Assembly: GCF_000143415.4 (NCBI RefSeq)
Contig: NW_003314321.1
Span: forward strand, 816,236-880,235
Source of the DNA: Selaginella moellendorffii
Lineage: Eukaryota > Plantae > Lycopodiophyta
Length of the DNA: 64,000 nt
Direction: 5' to 3'
The position numbers and the translations under genes are program-made. Position 1 is the stretch's first letter, and each line of letters starts with the position of its first letter. Positions 1 through 12,300 of this stretch are shown here, in pieces. Under the pieces are notes generated by a model. That model was not told the DNA's origin, did not search any database, and saw only the letters and a list, made by a program, of their open reading frames with translations.

Positions 1-708
1 TATTTGGCTCCACACGAAGCAAAAGACTTCGGAAACGAACGCCAAATTGCATCACCGACTCAGATGGCCCTTGGCGAAGACGATGCAATTGTTGGAAGGC
101 ATCATCACAATCGTCGGCGTGTCCGAAGGCGCGTTTGAAGACGTCCGGAAGAACACTCCAATCGCCACGAGTAGCTGCGCTCAATCCATTGTACCACTGC
201 AATGCCGTCCCTTGGAGACATGTGGGGAACTCACGCAAACGTCGAGCATCATCCCAAGAATGATATGTGGCAATCACCGTGAAGTGATCGAACTAATGGT
301 ACACATCATCCCCAGGATTCCCACGAAAGAACTCCGGCCGAACGCGAGGATTGGCACCAAAAGCAGGAGGAGTTGTACCATGTGCCGTGAACGCCGTCAT
401 CAACTGAGTTTGGTTGTTCAATTGCAAGCGCATAGCATCAAGCAATTGAACCAACTGCTGCTCTAGAGTCAAAGGAGGAGATTGCGGATCGGCCATGAAG
501 ATGAATGAAAAAGAAAGAGCAAAAGAAGAGAAATGACAAAAAGCTGGAAAGAAATGGTAGATCTAGACAATGCAAAAAGCTAGATCTAAACCAAAATCTT
601 GAAAAGAAAGAACAAAAGAAAGGAAATGGAAAAAGCTAGATCTAGACAATGCAAAAGCTAGATCTAAACCGAAATCCCAAATCCAAGCACTCCCCAGGGA
701 CAATCAAA

Positions 709-728
709 GATGCCCCTCACCTCCACCA
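709..728 (-). promoter_or_regulatory. Primer-binding site, tRNA-Ala-like
   Basis: Minus strand TGGTGGAGGTGAGGGGCATC begins 1 nt after the LTR end; complementary to a ...CTCCACCA tRNA-Ala-type 3' end. Confidence 0.65.
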
Positions 729-729
729 A

Positions 730-903
730 TGTGAGTGCATGGAATATGGAAAGGGAATACAGAAATGTGCATATCAATTAGCCCAAAAACCCTAGCTTAT
801 ATACAGGAGCGAGTGGTCCGGATTAAAACCAATCCGATGGCTACCAAAATCCACTACGCTAATATTAGTATACGGCATTGTAGCCGTACACTTGGCCCTC
901 ACA
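730..903. repeat. 174-bp LTR (family shared with 9187-9351, 21646-21673, 46287-46342)
   Basis: TG...CA ends with a 6-bp terminal inverted repeat tgtgag/ctcaca; aligns by eye with 9187-9351. Confidence 0.9.
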
Positions 904-1169
904 TTTTAAAATATTCTTCACTTAGAAATTTTTTAATTTAATAATAATCATATATATAAATTAATTTACATCAGTTTTGCTTTGTTATTGCATTGAACAA
1001 CATATGAAACCAAATACTATATTAAGTGCCAATAAAGTTTCCTTTTATAATTAAAACCTAGAATAAGTTTCATTTTATCCACTTTCTTTTGGACACCCTG
1101 CTTCTTCTAAAAAACCCTAATTCATGAAAAACACAGAGGTCAACCCAAGAACATACCCGCAAATATCTC

Positions 1170-2353
1170 ATGGAGATTGCTGGTAAGAGCGCCATAGGCT
1201 TGAGTCCACTGAAATGGGAACGAATGGAGCGGGCAGAGCTATTGCAAGAGCGATTTGGCTGCAAGGAGCTGGAATTCGAGAGAAGCGATGGAATCGTGGA
1301 GGCACGGCTCAAGCTCGCCTGTGGCTCCGCCGCCACGATAGCACTGCCGCAAGGCGTGGTTACATCCTACAGACCGATAATGTGGCACGAATCTCAGGAA
1401 GAGGTCCTTCACTCCAAGAGATTTCCACTGCAAGGAGGCTGCGCCTACAAAGGAGGAATCCGCGCGTCAGTGGCAAGAATCCCAGAAGTAGAAGATGGTG
1501 AAGAAACCAAGCGCGCAAACGATCCTCCATTGTCGTGGATCGTCAATGGAGTCTCAAGAGCTCCCAACAAATGGGTCAAGGTAGAGAGAAGTTCCACTAT
1601 ACACCACCAAGTTGGATTGGATCTAGATTTTTTTCTTTTTATGTTTTAGATCACACTGGGCTCTAGCCTGCCAAATCTCAAGCTCAAGAACAGCGTCACG
1701 CTCTCCAAGCGGCAGCTTCAATCCACCTTGTCGATCGAAAACACTGGCAAAGCTCCCTGCTGCTTCCACGCATCCATCGCCACTGCGGTCGAGGTTGGCG
1801 ACTTGGCTGGAGCTTACGCGATGGGCCTGCTGGGAACCAACTTCCTGTCCCTGGGAGACGAATCCATCGCCGAAAACACCACCGCTGGCGAAGAGCAGGG
1901 GCCCCGGATCTTTGAGAAACTTGCGGTGCTGCTCAGTGGAGGATCGTACAAGCGCCCGGAGAGAGAATCCCAGCAAGGCGACGAGAGCTTTGTCGGCAAA
2001 GATGGTCGGCTCTGGCACCGCCACTGCTCCGAGATGGCTCCACTAGCACCTGGAATGAATCGCCTCTACTTCATGTCCTCGATGCCGTGGACGCTGCTAG
2101 ATCGAGTAAGTTGATGATCGATCTTCTGAACACTTGCATGCTTGTTTTTGACTGCCAGGGAAAGCGTCGCTCGTTCACCTTCCAGAAATCGGGACCGAGG
2201 TATCTGAGCCTCTCCAATCCGGGGCCAGAGTCGCAGGAGGAAGACTGGAAAAAGTTTGTGCTGCTAGGCCCAACTTCGGGTGAAAAGCCGCTGTGCGTAG
2301 AGCCTGGACAGACTTGGATCGCTGAGCAAGTCATCGAGAACACTGGCATCTAA
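1170..2353 (+). CDS. NDF5/PnsB2-like protein (galactose-mutarotase-like fold, chloroplast NDH subcomplex B related); exons 1170-1580, 1650-2105, 2159-2353
   Basis: Motifs [13 protein letters not shown] and [24 protein letters not shown] resemble NDF5/PnsB2. Two phase-0 GT-AG introns join three ORF-track frames into about 353 aa. Confidence 0.7.
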
Positions 2354-2381
2354 GAAACTTGACAGCGTACCTCTCTTCTTG

Positions 2382-3473
2382 TTACGGGATGATCCGAGCT
2401 GCCCGCATTCGATCGATCACTCGCGTCAGTGACGCTTCCGTGTCTCTGCTGCCGTTGAATCCAAACTCCCGGCATTTGCTATTGCTGCTCACCAGACGAA
2501 ATGGAAAGTTGAAGGCTTCGTCTAAAATCCTCGCCACCTTCCTCAAGTTGGTCGTTGCGTGCAACCTGTTGGATCTCGTCATCTCCTCCCACACTTCTTG
2601 CTTGTCTCGCAATATCTCCTCCATGCTCGTCGGGCAGCCACTGTAGACAGGCACTTGGAGATCAAACTTGAGCGCCACCGCGTGCCACAGCTCCTTCCAC
2701 GTAACCAGGTCCCCGTTTGTCACGTTGAAGGCCTGGTTCTTGGCTCTGGCGTCTGTCGCCGCCCAGATCTGTTGCTCAGCAATGAGCTCCGCGTCCGAAA
2801 CGTCCGTTTTGCACTCCCACGCCTCCGAGTGTCCAGGAAAGACAAACGGTAGCCCCTGCTGCCTGCAAATGCTGGCATAGACCGCTACCGCATGAACCAG
2901 GTTGATGAGGTTCCTGGGAGCGAATCCAAAGATGACACTGGGCCGGTGGATCGACCAAGTGAGACCCTTCTTCTTCTTTGCAGCGTCATAGACAATGTCC
3001 TCGAGAGTGTAATAGAAGTTTGGAACACCAAGCCGGGGGCCGTCCTCGACGAAAGGGAGCTCTCCATGATCTATCTTCCCCCACAGACTCTGCGGGCCGA
3101 TGTAGTGCTTGGAACCAGTCTGGAGACAGATGTGTTCCAGCTGCTTGGCGTTGAGAAGCAGCGCCTCCAGAGCATTCAAAAGCATGCTTCCATTTGCCTC
3201 GCAGTTGCCTTGTTCCTCACCGTCGCTCTTGTGGACCCAGACCACCCAGAAGAGATGTGTCACGTCTGTCAGCCTCGACACCTTGCGGAGTGCATCACTT
3301 CTATCCAGCAAGTCACACTCGATGTACTCCACCCCTGTATTCACAAACCAGCTCGGCCTCGGCCGTCGAGCAAGGCCATAGACCTTCCACTGGGACTTCG
3401 GCAGCAGCTCTAGTAGACTGTTACCAACGAGTCCGGTTGCTCCAGCCACCAAAGCTACCTTTTGTTCTACCAT
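2382..3473 (-). CDS. VEP1: Progesterone 5-beta-reductase / iridoid-synthase-like SDR (PRISE family), intronless
   Basis: VALVAGATGLVG Rossmann motif, VYGLARR, DVTHLFWV, TGSKHY, NFYYTLED catalytic motif, WSIHRP, DAELIAEQQIWAA. Confidence 0.92.
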   Translation of the reverse strand: MVEQKVALVAGATGLVGNSLLELLPKSQWKVYGLARRPRPSWFVNTGVEYIECDLLDRSDALRKVSRLTDVTHLFWVVWVHKSDGEEQGNCEANGSMLLNALEALLLNAKQLEHICLQTGSKHYIGPQSLWGKIDHGELPFVEDGPRLGVPNFYYTLEDIVYDAAKKKKGLTWSIHRPSVIFGFAPRNLINLVHAVAVYASICRQQGLPFVFPGHSEAWECKTDVSDAELIAEQQIWAATDARAKNQAFNVTNGDLVTWKELWHAVALKFDLQVPVYSGCPTSMEEILRDKQEVWEEMTRSNRLHATTNLRKVARILDEAFNFPFRLVSSNSKCREFGFNGSRDTEASLTRVIDRMRAARIIP

Positions 3474-3614
3474 ATTCTCCCTCCTGCGTAATTAATTTCC
3501 TTCTCACCCTCCTGTGAATCCTCCTCTTATCGCCTTCCAACGAATTATTGCGGACACCTGTTCCTTCCGAAATAGACCACTTGTCGATCATCTCTGAATC
3601 CACGCAATACAGCA

Positions 3615-5069
3615 TTAGTTCAAGCGCCTCCTTTTCCTGCTATGTAAGACTTCCGAGTCACCACCACCCGAGGTGCTCCCTTCCTCGGACTCTCGGGGTC
3701 TGGCAACGGAGCTAACACTGTTTGAGCGTTCAATTGTCTCCGCTGTGGCAATGACAGCGTCGCTCGGTTGGGCGCTGACACCCACGGTTGCTGTTAACGC
3801 CACGGCTTCTCTTGCAGTGTCATGGAACCTCGCAGCCATGGACGCCGCTTGCCGACGGTGCGACTCAATCGTCTCCACCAAGCTCGCCAATCTCGCTCGG
3901 ATAGCATTCACACGTTCCTCAGTATCGGCGCGGCTGGCCGAGAGCTGCCGCACGTAGTCATCCTGGAAAGTCGCAGCTCGTGCCTCAAACTCTCCCACAG
4001 TAAACTCGACCGGTTGAGTGCTCGCCGCTGTGGTCGTCATCGATGGCGTCCGGTAGTGTTCTCTTCGCTCGGACATGCGCCGCCGGAAGCGCGACGACAT
4101 GTTGTCGTGCAACAAGCGCACCACCCTGCTCATCCGGAGCATCTCGTTCAAGTTGATCCGGTCTTGCTCGGCTTCCCGATCCTCCACTGGCACTGCTGTT
4201 GTCTCAGCTTCCACTCTCTGGCGCAAGCTATCCACCCTTCGAGCGTGAGGGCGAGGAGGAACTCGAGCTTCGTCGTCTTGCACGCTAAGTTCCTGTCGAG
4301 CCGACGACGAACTCCCTCTCCCATAGATCGGGATGATCGAATTCTCGCCAACCGAGCCCTTGCAAACCGGGCACTCCTCGTTCTCCGAGTGGACGTAGAG
4401 CCACTGGTGCAAGCAACTCCAGCAGAAGAGGTGCCCACACACCGTCACCACGGGCTCCACCGCCATATCCAAGCACACGTTACACTCAAAGTTCTCGTTC
4501 CCGCCACGCTTGACCACCCCGGTCTCGTCCTTGGAGGAGTCGTCCTCGCTTTCTTTCGCGGGTGCCTTGTCCTTGGAAGTATCTTGCTGTGGTTGCTGCT
4601 GCTGCTGCTGCTGCGGGCTTCGCGAATCGTGAAAAAGCCTCCTAGATCTCTCCTCCAGCCCGGCCACGCTCACCAGCGAAGGGCCGCGAGTCGAGTAACG
4701 CCTGAAGCGATGGTGCCGGATGGGAGGACGCATCGAATGCTCCACAGCCGGACGTATTCTAGCCTCAGAATCGCTGTCTGGATGAAGATCCAGGAACACG
4801 CCATGGATCCCAGGGCCAAAACGCGGCAAAATCCTGCGCTGGAGATTCCCACCCTGATTTTGGCCCCCTTCCCGTGGCTGTTGCTGCTGCTGCCGCTCCT
4901 CCTCCTCAATCCCTGGCCCTAGCCGCAGGAAATCGGCAGTGGCCGGAGGCGCCAGATGCAAATTCAGGTCAATCCTCGCGGAAATCCCATTCCCTTCCGC
5001 CATCTCTACATCTGCTCCAGCAACCACTACGAAGCTCGGCATCTCACCGCCGCGACTAGACTCACACAC
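3615..5069 (-). CDS. RING-HC E3 ubiquitin ligase, RMA/RNF5-like, intronless
   Basis: FECNVCLDMAVEPVVTVCGHLFCWSCLHQWL...CPVCKG...IIPIYGRG and VPPRPHARRVDS; polyQ tracts; basic C-terminus RKRRRL. Confidence 0.88.
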   Translation of the reverse strand: MCESSRGGEMPSFVVVAGADVEMAEGNGISARIDLNLHLAPPATADFLRLGPGIEEEERQQQQQPREGGQNQGGNLQRRILPRFGPGIHGVFLDLHPDSDSEARIRPAVEHSMRPPIRHHRFRRYSTRGPSLVSVAGLEERSRRLFHDSRSPQQQQQQQPQQDTSKDKAPAKESEDDSSKDETGVVKRGGNENFECNVCLDMAVEPVVTVCGHLFCWSCLHQWLYVHSENEECPVCKGSVGENSIIPIYGRGSSSSARQELSVQDDEARVPPRPHARRVDSLRQRVEAETTAVPVEDREAEQDRINLNEMLRMSRVVRLLHDNMSSRFRRRMSERREHYRTPSMTTTAASTQPVEFTVGEFEARAATFQDDYVRQLSASRADTEERVNAIRARLASLVETIESHRRQAASMAARFHDTAREAVALTATVGVSAQPSDAVIATAETIERSNSVSSVARPRESEEGSTSGGGDSEVLHSRKRRRLN

Positions 5070-5202
5070 ACCTTTGATCCCCAGCGCGCGCCCAGCGCTC
5101 GAGCTCGCGCGTCCCTAAGAACCCTAAAATCCGAGGGTTCTTTGCCCTGTACGTTTAACACCCCCTTTAAAACTTAAATACAAAGAAATAAAGGAATTTC
5201 TC

Positions 5203-7593
5203 TCAGTGAGGCTCGAGGACATCGTCTTCTTCCAAGGCTTTGTCCATCCATCGAATTCGGCAGCCCCGCGATTCCATCTCTTCCGCGATCCCGGGAGGGA
5301 GGAGTGTTCTCAAATACGATGGAAGCTTGACGTTCTTCAAGCTCTTGCAATTCTGGAGCACTGTCACGAAGCAATCCACTGTGACATTCTTGAGGTGGAC
5401 AAGCCGGACGCTTTGCAAGCAGCTGAGCCGGGGAAGGCTCAGCAATCCCGCGTTTGAGATCGGGCAATATGAGATGTTCATCTGGTAAGACAAAAACCAC
5501 CAAAGTTAGCATCATAGCAATGAGAAAGATGAAAGTTTTGTGAATCTCTTATTACGTACCATTCGGAGGCCGGGGCAAAAGAAGGACAAGGCCGAGACTC
5601 CAGCGTTCCCGATCTGGGAGCAGCGCTTTATATCGATCTCCGTGAGCCTCTTGCAGCCCGATGCCATCACGGCCAGGCCTGTCGACGAAACAAGCACGCA
5701 GCCGCGGAGCTCGACGCGTTGCAGCTCTCTCAGCTGCGACAGCGATTGCAACGAGCAGTCTGTGATCTTGCTACAATACGAAAGGTCCAAAAGCTTGAGT
5801 TTTGGACACCCGGAAGCAATTGCTGCCACTCCAGCGTCACCTATACCTTTGGACCTGTTGAAAAAACCACCAAGACTTGTTACAAAGCCGACTCACAAGT
5901 GAAGTTACTGCTTACCTGTAGAAGTCAAGCTCTCGAAGGTTACAACACCTGGCACCAATGTGAGCAACGCCTTTGTCCGTGATGGTGGAGCAAAATCCCA
6001 GCTTGAGGGACCTCAGTGCCGTGCACTTGGAAATATACTTGAGGCCTGAAAGCGAATCAATCAGTACTCGAGTGAATCGGCTCGAAATGATCAAACGTAC
6101 CGGTATCACTCATGTTGCACTCGGTGAAATCGAGTTCTTCGAGACGAGGACAGCCTTCGCCGAGACCACACAGCCCATCCTCGGTGATGAGGCTGCACGA
6201 CTCCATTTTCAAGCTCTCGAGACCCTTGCAGTCCTTGGAGATCCGGCACAGAGACGCGTCCGTCAGCTCCCGGCAGCACGTCAGGTTGAGCTTGTGAAGA
6301 GCAGTGCATCCTTGAGCAACAGCAGCTATGCCTCTGTCCGTTACACCTCTACACTTGCTTAAGCTGAGCTCCTTGAGCTGCTTACAACCCCTGGCGATGA
6401 AAGGGAGACCGTTGCGAGCAATCTCACACCCGTCCAAGACAATTGATTGCAGGTGATCAAACTTTTGAAAGGTGGCCAGTAGATCGTCCGTGATCTGAGC
6501 TCACAGGGGTCAATTTCTACATGTACGAGTAGATAACGCTGAGACTTACGATAGAGCAGTAGGAAAGCGTAAGCTGTTCCAAGGAGAGGTGACTGGTGGC
6601 CAGAGCTGCGAGACCTGCGTCACTGACATTGGAGCATCGAGAAACATCCAGCTTCTGAAAGGAGAGAAGTCGTTTACATCGGAGAAAAAGAGCACTCCTG
6701 ACGTACCAGCAACGATCTGCAGCTCCTTTTCAACGATCTCAATCCTCCATCGTCAACATTGTTGCAAGAAACCAGATTCAGAACCTCCAGCGAGTGCAAA
6801 GTCGCTATGGATGCCAGGCCTTCGTCGGTCACCTTCACGGAACAACAAAAGCAAAAGCTCAGACCACCAAGTCAAACCAAAGAAGAGAAAACCAGGACAA
6901 GTAGCGATCTGCTAGAATCACGCTAAAGCAAAGAGAAAAGAGACTCACCTCGGTGTACGAGAGATCCAGTGTTCTTAGCTGCTTGCAATTCACGGCAACG
7001 AGAGCAATGCCAATGTCCGTGATCCCCAAGCACCCCTTGAGCGTGAGAAGCTTGAGCATCTTACAGCCAGCGGCCAGGCAGCCCAACCCAATGTCTGTGA
7101 TGGAGTGGCAGCCCGTGAGGCGGAGAGCCTGGAGATTGGAGATTTGCGCCAGCGCAAGCACGTCCGAGTCCTTGAGATTGGAGCAGTAGCTCAGATCCAC
7201 GTCGGTGAGGGAGGCGCAGCAGGATCGCGCCAGCAGCCCCAGCCCAGCGCTGGTAAAACCCCCAACTCGCGACAGGTTGATCGAGGCGAGACGATTTCCC
7301 GCGATCTGCCCTACGAGCGCCAGATTCTCGTCCACCAGCTGGATGCAATGCGACAGATCCAGATGCTCCAGCCGCGTGTACCTGTGGAGGATCCCTTCGA
7401 GAACTTCGTGGCGCATGAGCTGGATCCGGTTCCTGGTGCTGGCCTCGAGGCGCAGGAAGTGCTTGCAGCTGAGGCACCACGCCTGGCGGTCGAATCGATC
7501 CTCAAGGCGCTCCAGGATCTGGAGCAGAATATTGTCGTCCAGGAGATCGATGACACTGTCGCCGCTGTTCTTGCTCATCTTCCGATCCGCCAT
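5203..7593 (-). CDS. F-box/LRR-repeat protein (FBL3-like), multi-exon
   Basis: N-terminal F-box (LLDDNILLQILERL) followed by cysteine-containing LRRs (LxxLxLxxCxxITDxG) across ORFs 6859-7593, 6057-6437, 5912-6109, 5512-5829 and 5203-5493, separated by short GT-AG introns. Confidence 0.88.
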
Positions 7594-8543
7594 GGGCGAT
7601 TACCCCAAGAAATTCACCGCTCCAAATCCGCGATAACGGTCCACATAAACACTCCACCTGTTCTTCCTTGCTCCTCCAGTACTGCGCGAATTCGATTGGC
7701 CTACACTGCGACTCGTCAAGATCATCGGCCAAGTACGAATGCCTCCCCTGGATCACGCGCGCGCCTTGATCCGTGCGTCGGTGGCCTCCGCCAGCAAATC
7801 CCTAAGCTCCAATCCATGCCATGGCCGGGCCACCGGCGCCTAGATCTAGAGCAGCGCAAGTGGCGAGCGAGCGAGTACCCTCCCTGACGGTCCTGGCGGT
7901 GTCGATAGGTATTCCACCAGGAAGAGAGAGAGAGAGAGAGGAGCTAGGTCATCGATTAATCCCTCTCTCGCACTCCCGCATAGCTAGTACCAGCGAAGAT
8001 CAAGAATCAAGAAAGGTAAATAAAAAACCCCACAATGCGTGTTGGCCGCAATTCCAGTGATTGTTTAATCCCTTGATAAGATGGTACGTACAGTACGTTG
8101 AAGGTGTACCTTCCCGCATGGTGGCCGTGCCGTCCAGCTTGGACCGCCGTCATGTGATACGCCCTCCCTGGATGGGAAGGTGACAAATTGACAATTATCA
8201 TAATAGTTTACCCCAGCTGACGCAATCCCAGCCGTTCATTTTGGTAGACGTTTCAAACTTCTTTTTCGCTGGGTGATAATCTTGACACCTTTGATTCAAT
8301 GCCTGTGAACCTTCGCTCAAGATTCGGGCGAAAACAATGTTTTGCAACGCGAGAGAAAAACGTTAAAGCTGACGATACAAGGGCATGTACTTCCATTGCC
8401 ACTATTTAATCTTTGCTGCTCACACACTGAATAAGATGATCGAATCTAAACCATAGGAAACGATATCGCGGCAAATTAGTCAATGAATTCATATGTGGAG
8501 CGTATAACTTAAGATGGATCGTGGCCGGCCAAGTCAAAAGGCC

Positions 8544-8643
8544 TTTGAAATTCTTTTTTCCGGAGGGAGGTGGTACCTCAAAGTACTTCACAGCTTTGAA
8601 ATTCTTTTTCCGGAGGGAGGTGGTACCTTTCAAAGTACTTCAC
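8544..8643. repeat. Two-copy tandem repeat of about 50 bp
   Basis: tttgaaattc(t)5-6ccggagggaggtggtacct(tt)caaagtacttcaca occurs twice back to back. Confidence 0.85.
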
Positions 8644-9186
8644 ATGCGTGTAAAACGCAAGGGGGCCGCGTGGCATGACGCATATAGTGACCATTGCTGG
8701 CCATGGGGCCGCGTCCACTCGAATATTCGACGGGTCCATGAAACCAGATCGATCGCTGGCATTTGATCAAAATCAATCGTCCACGAGATGAAGTTGTGCT
8801 CCACAAAGAAGTGCGAAAATTCGTCTAGATGCCGATTCTGGAATAATCCAAGCAATCAAGTTACTTAGTGGCAAGCACTCAAACAATATGCCTTTGAGCA
8901 TGGCAGGCCACAAGATTCAAATCTGGATTGGCTTGTAGCATCTTATTTTAGATGCTTTTTTATGAAGATGATTTATATAATATATTTTCTTTTTTAAATG
9001 GAAAGTTATTATAAGAATATCTACATTAATAAAAAATTTAAAAGTATATAGCATTTATGTCATAATATTTTGTTTTGCCATTGTGTCATTATTTGTTTTT
9101 CATTACAATAATTAATATATATTTTAAATAATAAAATTTATACTATAAATATTTTATGAATCTTTTATTGTAACATGAATCATATT

Positions 9187-9351
9187 TGTGAGTGCATGGA
9201 ATATGGAAAGGGAATACAAAAAATGTGCATATCAATTATCCCAAAAACCTTAGCTTATATATAAGAGTGAGTGGTTCAGATTGAAACCAATCTAACAGCT
9301 ACCAAAATCCCACTATACTAATATTAGTATATAGTACACTTAAACCTCACA
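9187..9351. repeat. 3' LTR of the second gypsy copy
   Basis: tgtgagtgcatggaatatgg...cctcaca; differs from 730-903 mainly by C>T and G>A changes. Confidence 0.9.
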
Positions 9352-12300
9352 TCATCCCCTCCTTTCGGAATAATAGAAGACCATTAGGGTCCTTTTGTAG
9401 ATAGGCTAGGATCTGGTGGAACATTAGGAAGAGGTATCGATGGATTTATAGATGGTATCAATTGTTCCTAGTCCCTTTATGCAAAGTATTTCAACTATTG
9501 TATATGCATAATTTCTAAAGGATCACTCTACTGAACGTCATGCCAAACCTCATAAACTTGTGGTCCAACTTGCCACAACACTTAATATGGTCCTTTCCAT
9601 TAAGCAAGGAGCCTTTTAGATAAATTACATACTATAAGATGGGGAAAATAGATTAACACCAAGTCATTCACTATGTGCTCCACGAATGATGATGGGAGTT
9701 GTAGTGCTATTGTTGTCCCACTTGTACATAGCCTAGGTGTTTAGCAGACTTTACTTGAACAAGTGGAAAAATGCTCGTCAAATATTAATCCCACGACCTA
9801 GCATCAATAACTCGTTGCAATTATAAAGGTCAACTCAGCTGCTTTGGTAATATTGAATCATGACCATATAAGAGTTTATATGGTGAATTACCAACAAAAT
9901 TTTGCACCCTTGTGACATATGCATACTAAAAAGACAATAAATAACCATTTCAATCCGAATGTTGAAAGTTCACATACTTTATGATCATCCCTTTGAATGT
10001 CCGAATGAGCCATTCCACCAAACCATCTGATTGTGGATGATAAACACTTGTGAAAGTGTGGCATATCCCTAACCAAGATGTCAAAACATGAAATGCCTTA
10101 GCCATAAATGTATAACCATTAGCTGAAAGAATTCGATCCGGACAAAAATGCTAAAACACTACTAAATTGAGGAGGAAGTATCCAATAATAGTTGTAAAGG
10201 CACTAGCAAGAGCACCAACTTCCATCCAACGAGTCAAGTAATCAGAAGCAATAATAATATACTCATTGCCAACAGTCAATTATGGAAAAAGTCTCATAAG
10301 ATAAAACGCTACCAACTCAAACGGACGAGAAATTGCAATTGACTCCAATTGTCCTTCCGTAGCACGAGGGAGAGTATTACAAGCTTGGCACCAAATGCAG
10401 TTGAGCACATATTAGATAACATCATCTAGAAAGACCTATACAGCTTCTCGATCACATGATGATGTCCCATATGCGTATCTAGAACAGGAAAATCATGGCA
10501 TGTATGGAGAAACTGTGGAATAAAGATTGAAGGCACCCCCAACCATAAATAATCATCAAGATCCGTCCCCATAAAATAAAAAAGGTTGTCTTTAAGGCGA
10601 TATTGAGAATGTAAATGTTGGAATGGCAAGTCATTAACAAGTGATGCAGGATTCCCAAACCCTTCTCAAAGCCTTTGAATCCATGGCTCAAACTTTTAAG
10701 CTTCATGAACCTCATCAAGAGAAAGTAAATCTTGCTTTGTACCTTGTGGACACTGAACATCAAGTACAATAATTGCCAATGGCATAGAATTTTCGTTTAG
10801 AAAATCCATAGATGTTAGAATAACAAGCTCATCAGAAACATGAGAAAAGAGCAAAGAAGGAAAAGGAGCTCGAGAAAGGGCATCAATATTAGCCATAGAA
10901 CTCCTCGGGCGATGAACAACATCAAAATCATATATTTGAAGCTTCAAAGCCCACTGAGCAGTACGACTAACCAAGTTCTTCTGCTTCAATAATGAAGTAA
11001 TGACAACATGATCACCTTTTAGTAATATTCGAAAACTATGTAGATATTCATGAAGTTTCTCAAAAGCCCAAACTGCTACTAAATACTCCTTCTCTGTCAT
11101 AGAGTAGTTCACCTTCGCCAGTTGTAATGTACGGCTGATATATATAATGAAATAGTGTTGATCATGCACACTTGGGCTCTTTTATATCAACACACCTCTA
11201 AAACTAACATCAAAAACATCCACGTGCAAAATAAAAAGTCAAGTGTAATTATGATATACTAAAACCATAGGAGTTGTCAATAGCTCCTTGAAATCCATGA
11301 ACACCCACTTATAATCCACAGACCAAATGAAAGACGATGTTGATAATTTTAGCAATGCTCGCAATGGTGCAGTGCGATAAAAAAGATGATCCACAAAACA
11401 ACTAAGATATTGCACCTTGGCTAGGAAACATTGTACATCATTCACACTTCAAAGTAGGACACTTTAAAACAGCTATAAGTTTGTTATGATCAACTTGCAA
11501 ACCCTCAAGAGAAATACGATACCTAACATAAGTTGTGTTCTTGAACCCAAACATGCATTTCGACTGCTTTAGCTTTAGACTAATGTCCTATAGCCGATCC
11601 AACACTTTACAAACATCACGGACGTGTTCCTCCTACGTCCTTTCCGAGTGGATTAAGATATCATCAATGAAGTCAGTAGTCACCTCCAGTATATTGCAGA
11701 GAACCTCATCCATCATCCACTAAAAAGTTGCTAGAGCATTGTTTAAACCAAATGGTATCACTAAAAACTCATACAAACCAAACGGTGTACAAAAAATAGT
11801 GTTAAGAATATTTTTTTCGGACATTAATACTTGCCAGTACTTAGAAGTAAGATCTAGCTTGGTGAACCAACAGCTTCTTCCCAGACGATCCAAGAGATCA
11901 ATAATGTAAAAAAGAGGGTATACATCTGGGATCATCATTTCGTTTAATGAATGATACTCGATGCAGAAACAAATATTCTCATTAGACTTCGTTACAAGAT
12001 GAGGTTCATATACCCAAAAACTCTATGACTTTCGAATAACCTTTTTTAACATCTCCTTGATGTTTGCAGGTAAAATCTTAATCTCTTTAGGGGACTGATG
12101 ATGAATAGGAACTTTGATTGGACAAACATCCCTAGTTAGAATTAAATGACGTGTGGCAATTTTAGCCCCAAACAATATATCAAATTTAAAGAGATCAAAA
12201 TATTCTTTCATGAGCTGGTGAACTACTGCAACACAAAGACTATCGGAAGGATTGAAAAAGGAAAGAGCGAAAACAAAACGGAAATGTAAAAGGAAGTAAT

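Larger units (their letters stand above)
1..903 (-). mobile_element. Ty3/gypsy LTR retrotransposon, 5' end (5' LTR, PBS, leader, gag); runs off the left window edge
   Basis: LTR 730-903 with TGTGAG...CTCACA termini and an adjacent PBS. Gag-like frame from 496 down: ...RPEFFRGNPGDDVYH*FDHFTVIATYHSWDDARRLREFPTCLQGTALQWYNGL..., with one TAG at 293-295 where Trp is expected. Duplicated leader motif aaaaagctagatctagacaatgc at about 556-670. Confidence 0.85.

Noticed and set aside
3822-4922. Long antisense or alternate-frame ORFs (e.g. 3822-4922, 7105-7887, 15811-16497, 47928-48836, 55740-56588, 57325-58188)
   Set aside because: They are shadows of GC-rich real CDSs on the other strand or frame and carry no recognisable motifs.
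8544-8643. CRISPR-like repeat
   Set aside because: Only two adjacent copies with no spacer, in a eukaryotic context with no cas genes.
730-9351. Two same-orientation LTRs bracketing four host genes, as if one retroelement had captured them
   Set aside because: 730-903 has its PBS and gag on the left, and 9187-9351 has its PPT and integrase on the right. The interiors face outward, so these are two separate insertions; the enclosed genes also keep their introns.
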